A DNA stretch of 64,000 nt from Hemiscyllium ocellatum (lineage: Eukaryota): assembly GCF_020745735.1 (NCBI RefSeq), contig NC_083402.1, forward strand, positions 7,440,001-7,504,000. The letters run 5' to 3'. A program made the translations under genes and the position numbers. The notes under the pieces were generated by a model. The model was not told the DNA's origin. It did no database searches and saw nothing but the letters and a program-made list of their open reading frames with translations. Numbering within the stretch: the stretch's first letter is position 1; each line of letters opens with the position of its first letter. Positions 59,640-64,000 of the stretch are shown here, piece by piece.

Positions 59640-60520
59640 CTTCTGCAGATAGAGCTATAGATTCATGGAGTCCTAAAGCACGGGGACAGGACCTTTGCCC
59701 CAAAATGGTCCATGCCCACCAAAATGTCTGTCCACACTCACCCCATTTCCCCTCACTTGGCCCATATCCTTCTAACCCTTTCCTGGACACGTATTTACCC
59801 AAATGCCTTTTAAATGTTGATAATGTATCCAGCTCAACTACTTCCGCTGGCAATTCATTGCAGATAACACTAAGATTGGTGGAGTAGCAAATAGTGAAAG
59901 GGACTGTCAGAGAATTCAGCAGAATATAAATAAATTTGAGAGTTGAGCAGAGAAATGGCAGGTGGAGTTTAATCGACGCAAATGTGAGGTGATGCATTTT
60001 GGAAGATCCAATTCAAGAGCAAACATTATGGTAAATGGACAAGCCCTGCTGAAAATTAATGCACAGAGAGATCTGGGTGTTCAGATCCATTGATCCCTGA
60101 AGGTTACAATGCAGTTCGATAGAGTGCTCGAGAAGGTATACAGCATGGTTTCCTTTATCAGGCGGGGTATTGAGTACAGGAGTTGGTAGGTCATGTTATG
60201 GTTGTATAAGATTTTGGTTCCGCCATGTTTGAAATCTTATGTACCCATCTGGTCACCACGTAACCAAAAGGATGTGGATGCTTTGGAGAGGGTGCAAATG
60301 AGGTTCACCAGGATATTGTCTGGTATAATGGGATGCTGGCTATGAAAAGAGGTTGAGCAGATTAGGATTATTTTCATTAGGAAGACAGAGGTTGAGGGGC
60401 ACCTGATTGAGGTCTACAAAATCATGAGAGGTAAGACAGGGTGGATAGCAAGAAGCTTTTTCCCGGAGTGGGGTCTCAGTTACGAGGGGTCATGAGTTCA
60501 AAGTGACAGGGGAAAGGTTT
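59640..60520. mobile_element. CR1 3' fragments in both orientations
   Basis: ELPAEVVELDTLSTFK on - and KCEVMHFG-type sequence on +. Confidence 0.75.
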
Positions 60521-60529
60521 TTTTGTTGG

Positions 60530-63500
60530 AAATTGATGAGACTCACAGTTGGTGTGTTCCTCCCAGATGCCAGGGTCCATGATGTCTTGGATCGTATCTT
60601 TGGGGTCCTGAAGGGAGAGGGTGACCAGCCGCAAGTCGTGGTCCATGTAGGTACCGACAACATAGGTAGAAAGAGAGATAGGGATGTAAGGCAGGATTTC
60701 AGGGAGCTAGGGTGGAAGCTGAGAGCTAGAACAAACAGAGTTGTTATCTCTGGTTTGTTTCCCGTGCCACATGATAGCGAGGCAAGGAATACAGAGAGAT
60801 ATCAGTTGAACATAGATGGTGTAGGAGGGAGGGTTTCAGGTACTTGGACAATTGGGGCTCATTCTGGGGAAGGTGCGACTTGCACAAACAGGATGGTCTT
60901 CACTTGAACCAGAGGGGTACTAATATCCCAGGTGGAAAATTTGCTGGTGCTAATCGGGTGGGTTTAAACAGAGGGATGGGAACCTGAGGTGTAGTTCCAG
61001 TAGACAGGAGGATGAGAGTAGGGAGGACAGGGACAGGATTTCATGGTCACAGGAGTGTGCTGGCAGACATCAAGCTGGTTTGAAGTGTGTCTACTTCAAT
61101 GCCAGGAGTATGCGGAATACAGTAGGTGAGCTTGCAGCATTGATGAGTACCTGGGATTTCGATGTTGTGGCCCTTTTGGATACATGGATAGACCAGGGTG
61201 AGGAATGGATATTGCAGGTTTTCAGGATTCAGATCATTCATTAAGAACAGGCAAGGCGGTAAAAGAGGGGGAGGTGTAGCCTTGTTCATCAAGGAAAGTA
61301 TAATGGTAGCTGAAAGAACTTTTGACACCATACTACTCCTGAGGTAGTTTGGGCTGAGGTTAGAAACAGGAGAGGAGAGGTCACACTGCTGGGAGTTTTT
61401 TTTATAGGCCTCTGCAGAGATCCAGGGAGGTGGAGGAGAGGATTGGCAAAATGATTCTGAGTAGGAGTGAAAGGAACAGGATGATCATTATGGGGACTTT
61501 AATTTCCCCAACATTGACTGGAAATGCTATAACTCTAGTACTTCGGTTGGATCAGCTTTTGTCCAATGTGTACAGCAGGGTTTCCTGACACAGTATGTCG
61601 AGGGGCCGACAAGAGGGGAGGCCACACTGGATCTGGTGCTTGGTAATGAACCAGGCCAGGTGTTTGATTTAGTTGTAAGTGAGCACTTTGGAGAGAGTGA
61701 CCATAATTCAGTTATGCTTAGTTTAACGATGGAAAGGGATAGGTACATGCCACAAGTCAAGGGGCAAGGGCAATAAGAACACGATTAGTCAAGAATTAGG
61801 ATGCAGAGAATGGGTTATCAAAATGCAGGGGATGGGGACAATGGAAATATGGAACTGGTTTAAGGATCAGATATTGCGTGTCCTTGATAGGTATGTCCCT
61901 GTCAGGCAGGGAGGAAGTTGTAAGGTAAGGGAACCGTGGTTTACTGCGGAAATTGCATCTCTTGTTAAGTGTAAAAAGGAAGTTTATATGTTGATGAGAC
62001 AAGATGGTTCAGATGAAGCGATGGTGAGATTAGCTAGGAAGGATTCAAAGAGAATTAAGAAGAGCAAAGAGGGGACATGAGCAGTTTTTAGCAGGTAGAA
62101 TAAAGGAAAACCCTAAATCTTTCTATAGATGTGTGAGGAATAAAAGGATGACTAGGGTAGGAATAGGACCAGTCAAAGACAGAAGTGGGAAGTTGAGTGT
62201 GGACACTGTGAAGATCAGAGATGTGCTAAATGAACATTTCTCATCGGTTTTCACTCAGGAAAAGGAGAACATTGTAGAGGAGATGAATGAGATACAAGAT
62301 CAATTCTAGACAAGTCCCCCTGGGCTGGATGGAATTCTCTGGGAAGTTATGGAGGAGATAGCAGAAGCTTTGGCTTTGATATTCAAGTCATCATTGTCAA
62401 CAGGTTTAGTACCAGAGGACTGGAGGATTGCAAATGTTGTGCCCTTGTTCAAGGAGGGCAAGAGGGATGACCAGGTAATTATGGACCAGTGAGTCTCACT
62501 TCTGTTGTAGGAAAGGTTTTGGAAAAGATTATAAAAGATAAGATTTATAATCATCTAGCTAGCAACAATTTGATTTCAGATCGTCAACATAGTTTTGTCA
62601 AGGGCAGGTCGTGTCTCACATTGAGTGTTTTGAGAAGGTGACCAAGCATGCAGGTGAGGGTAGGGCAGTTGACGTGGTATACATGGACTTCAGTAAATCC
62701 TTTGATAAGGGCTGTTGGAGAAAATGCAGAGGCATGGGATTGAGGGTGATTTAGCAGTTTGAATTAGAAACTAGCTTTCTGAAAGGAGGCAATGAGTGAT
62801 GGTTGATGGAAAATATTTAGCCTGGCGTCCAGTTACTCGTAGTGTGCCCCAATGATCTGTTTTGGGACCACTGCTGTTTGTCATTTTTATAATTTGGAGA
62901 TGCCGGTGTTGGACTGGGGTGTACAAAGTTAAAAATCACACAACACCAGGTTATAGTCCAACAGGTTTAATTGGAAGTCATTTTTATAAATGACTTGGAT
63001 GCAGGCATAGGTGGATGGGTGAGTAAGTTTACAGATGAAGTTGGTGGAGTGGTGAACAGTGTGGAAGAATGCTACAGGTTGCAGGGGGACTTGGATAAAC
63101 TGCAGAACTGGGCTGACAGGTGACAAATGGGGTTCAATGCAGCAAAATGTGAGGTGATTCACATAGGGAAGAATAACAAGAGGGCAGAGTACTGAGTCAA
63201 TGGAAAGATTCTTGGTAGTGTGGATGTGCAGAGGGATCTTGGAGTCCATGTACATAGATCCCTGAAAGTTGCCACCCAGATTGATTGTGCTGTTAAGAAG
63301 GCATTCCGTGTGTTAGGTTTCATTGGTAGAGGGATTGAGTTCTGGAGCTGCAATGTCATGTTGCAACTATACAAAATGCTAGTGCAGCTGCACTTGGAAT
63401 ATTGTGTACAGTTCTGGTCGCCCCATTACAGGAAGGATGTGGAAGCATTGGAAAAGAAGCAGAGGAAATTTACCAGGATGTTGCCTGGTCTGGAGGGAAG

Positions 63501-63912
63501 GTCTTATGAGGAAAGGCTGAGAGACTTCAGTCTGTTCTCATTGGAAAGAAGAAGGCTAAGAGGGGATTTGATAGAGACATACAAGATGATCAGAGGATGA
63601 GATAGAGTAGAAAGTGAGCGCCTTTTTCCTCAGATAATGACATCAGCTTGTACGAGGGGGCATAACTACAAATTGAGGGGTGATATATTTAAGACAGATT
63701 TTAGAGGCAGGTTCTTTACTCAGAGTGATAAGGGTGTGGAATGCCCGACCTGCTAATGTAGTTAACTCAGCCACATTAGGGAGATTCAAACAATCCTTGG
63801 ATAAGCACATGGATAATGATGTGATAGTGTAGGCAGATGGGCTTAGAATATTTTACAGGTCAGCACAACATTGAGGGCTGCAGGGCCTGTTCTGTGCTGT
63901 ACTGTTCGATGC
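60530..63912 (+). mobile_element. Long degenerate CR1 LINE (ORF1 esterase end, APE endonuclease, RT, 3' tail)
   Basis: QVVVHVGTDNIGRK, VYFNARSMRN, IIMGDFNFPNIDW-like, QRDLGVHVH and EYCVQFWSP motifs in order; frameshifted with deletions. Confidence 0.92.
62893..62976 (-). mobile_element. 84-bp insertion inside the CR1 with 13-bp TSD
   Basis: gtcatttttataa at 62880-62892 and 62977-62989; shares caccaggttatag.ccaacaggttt with 17567-17592. Confidence 0.8.
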
Positions 63913-64000
63913 TCTATGTTCTAAGATTAAGGGAGATATGTGTGGAAGGTTGTTTACGCAGATTGGTGGTGAGTGCCTGGAACGGGTTGCCAGTGGAGGT

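Overview
Eukaryotic, repeat-dense DNA that looks like shark (elasmobranch) sequence, inferred from HE1-type SINEs, CR1 LINEs and abundant Penelope-like elements. I found no prokaryotic features or CRISPR arrays. The host-gene content is a locally duplicated cluster of Ig-superfamily receptor exons. It has five V-set exons of two types: type I at 4005, 10191 and 28569, and type II at 17917 and 33418. One exon of each type is intact and three are broken. The intact type I exon has a Siglec-15-like four-cysteine pattern and a CRVE arginine. Three small phase-1 exons at 45018-45762 splice into a cytoplasmic tail with two ITIM-type tyrosine motifs. Degenerate paralogues of the tail exons lie at 35561 (+) and 54935-56090 (-), and both have lost the tyrosine motifs. 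No transmembrane exon was found on the + strand, so no complete gene can be assembled. The terminal repeat of the Penelope elements contains a minimal hammerhead ribozyme. The best copy is at 19621-19660, with about a dozen decayed copies elsewhere. This repeat also occurs as short fold-back insertions flanked by 12-14 bp target-site duplications. Other content includes a retrovirus-like pol remnant with a tether plus second RNase H, a solo LTR, a C2H2 zinc-finger pseudogene, two minisatellites, several segmental duplications and two N gaps. All alignments and folds were done by eye, and family assignments rest on recalled motifs rather than database searches.
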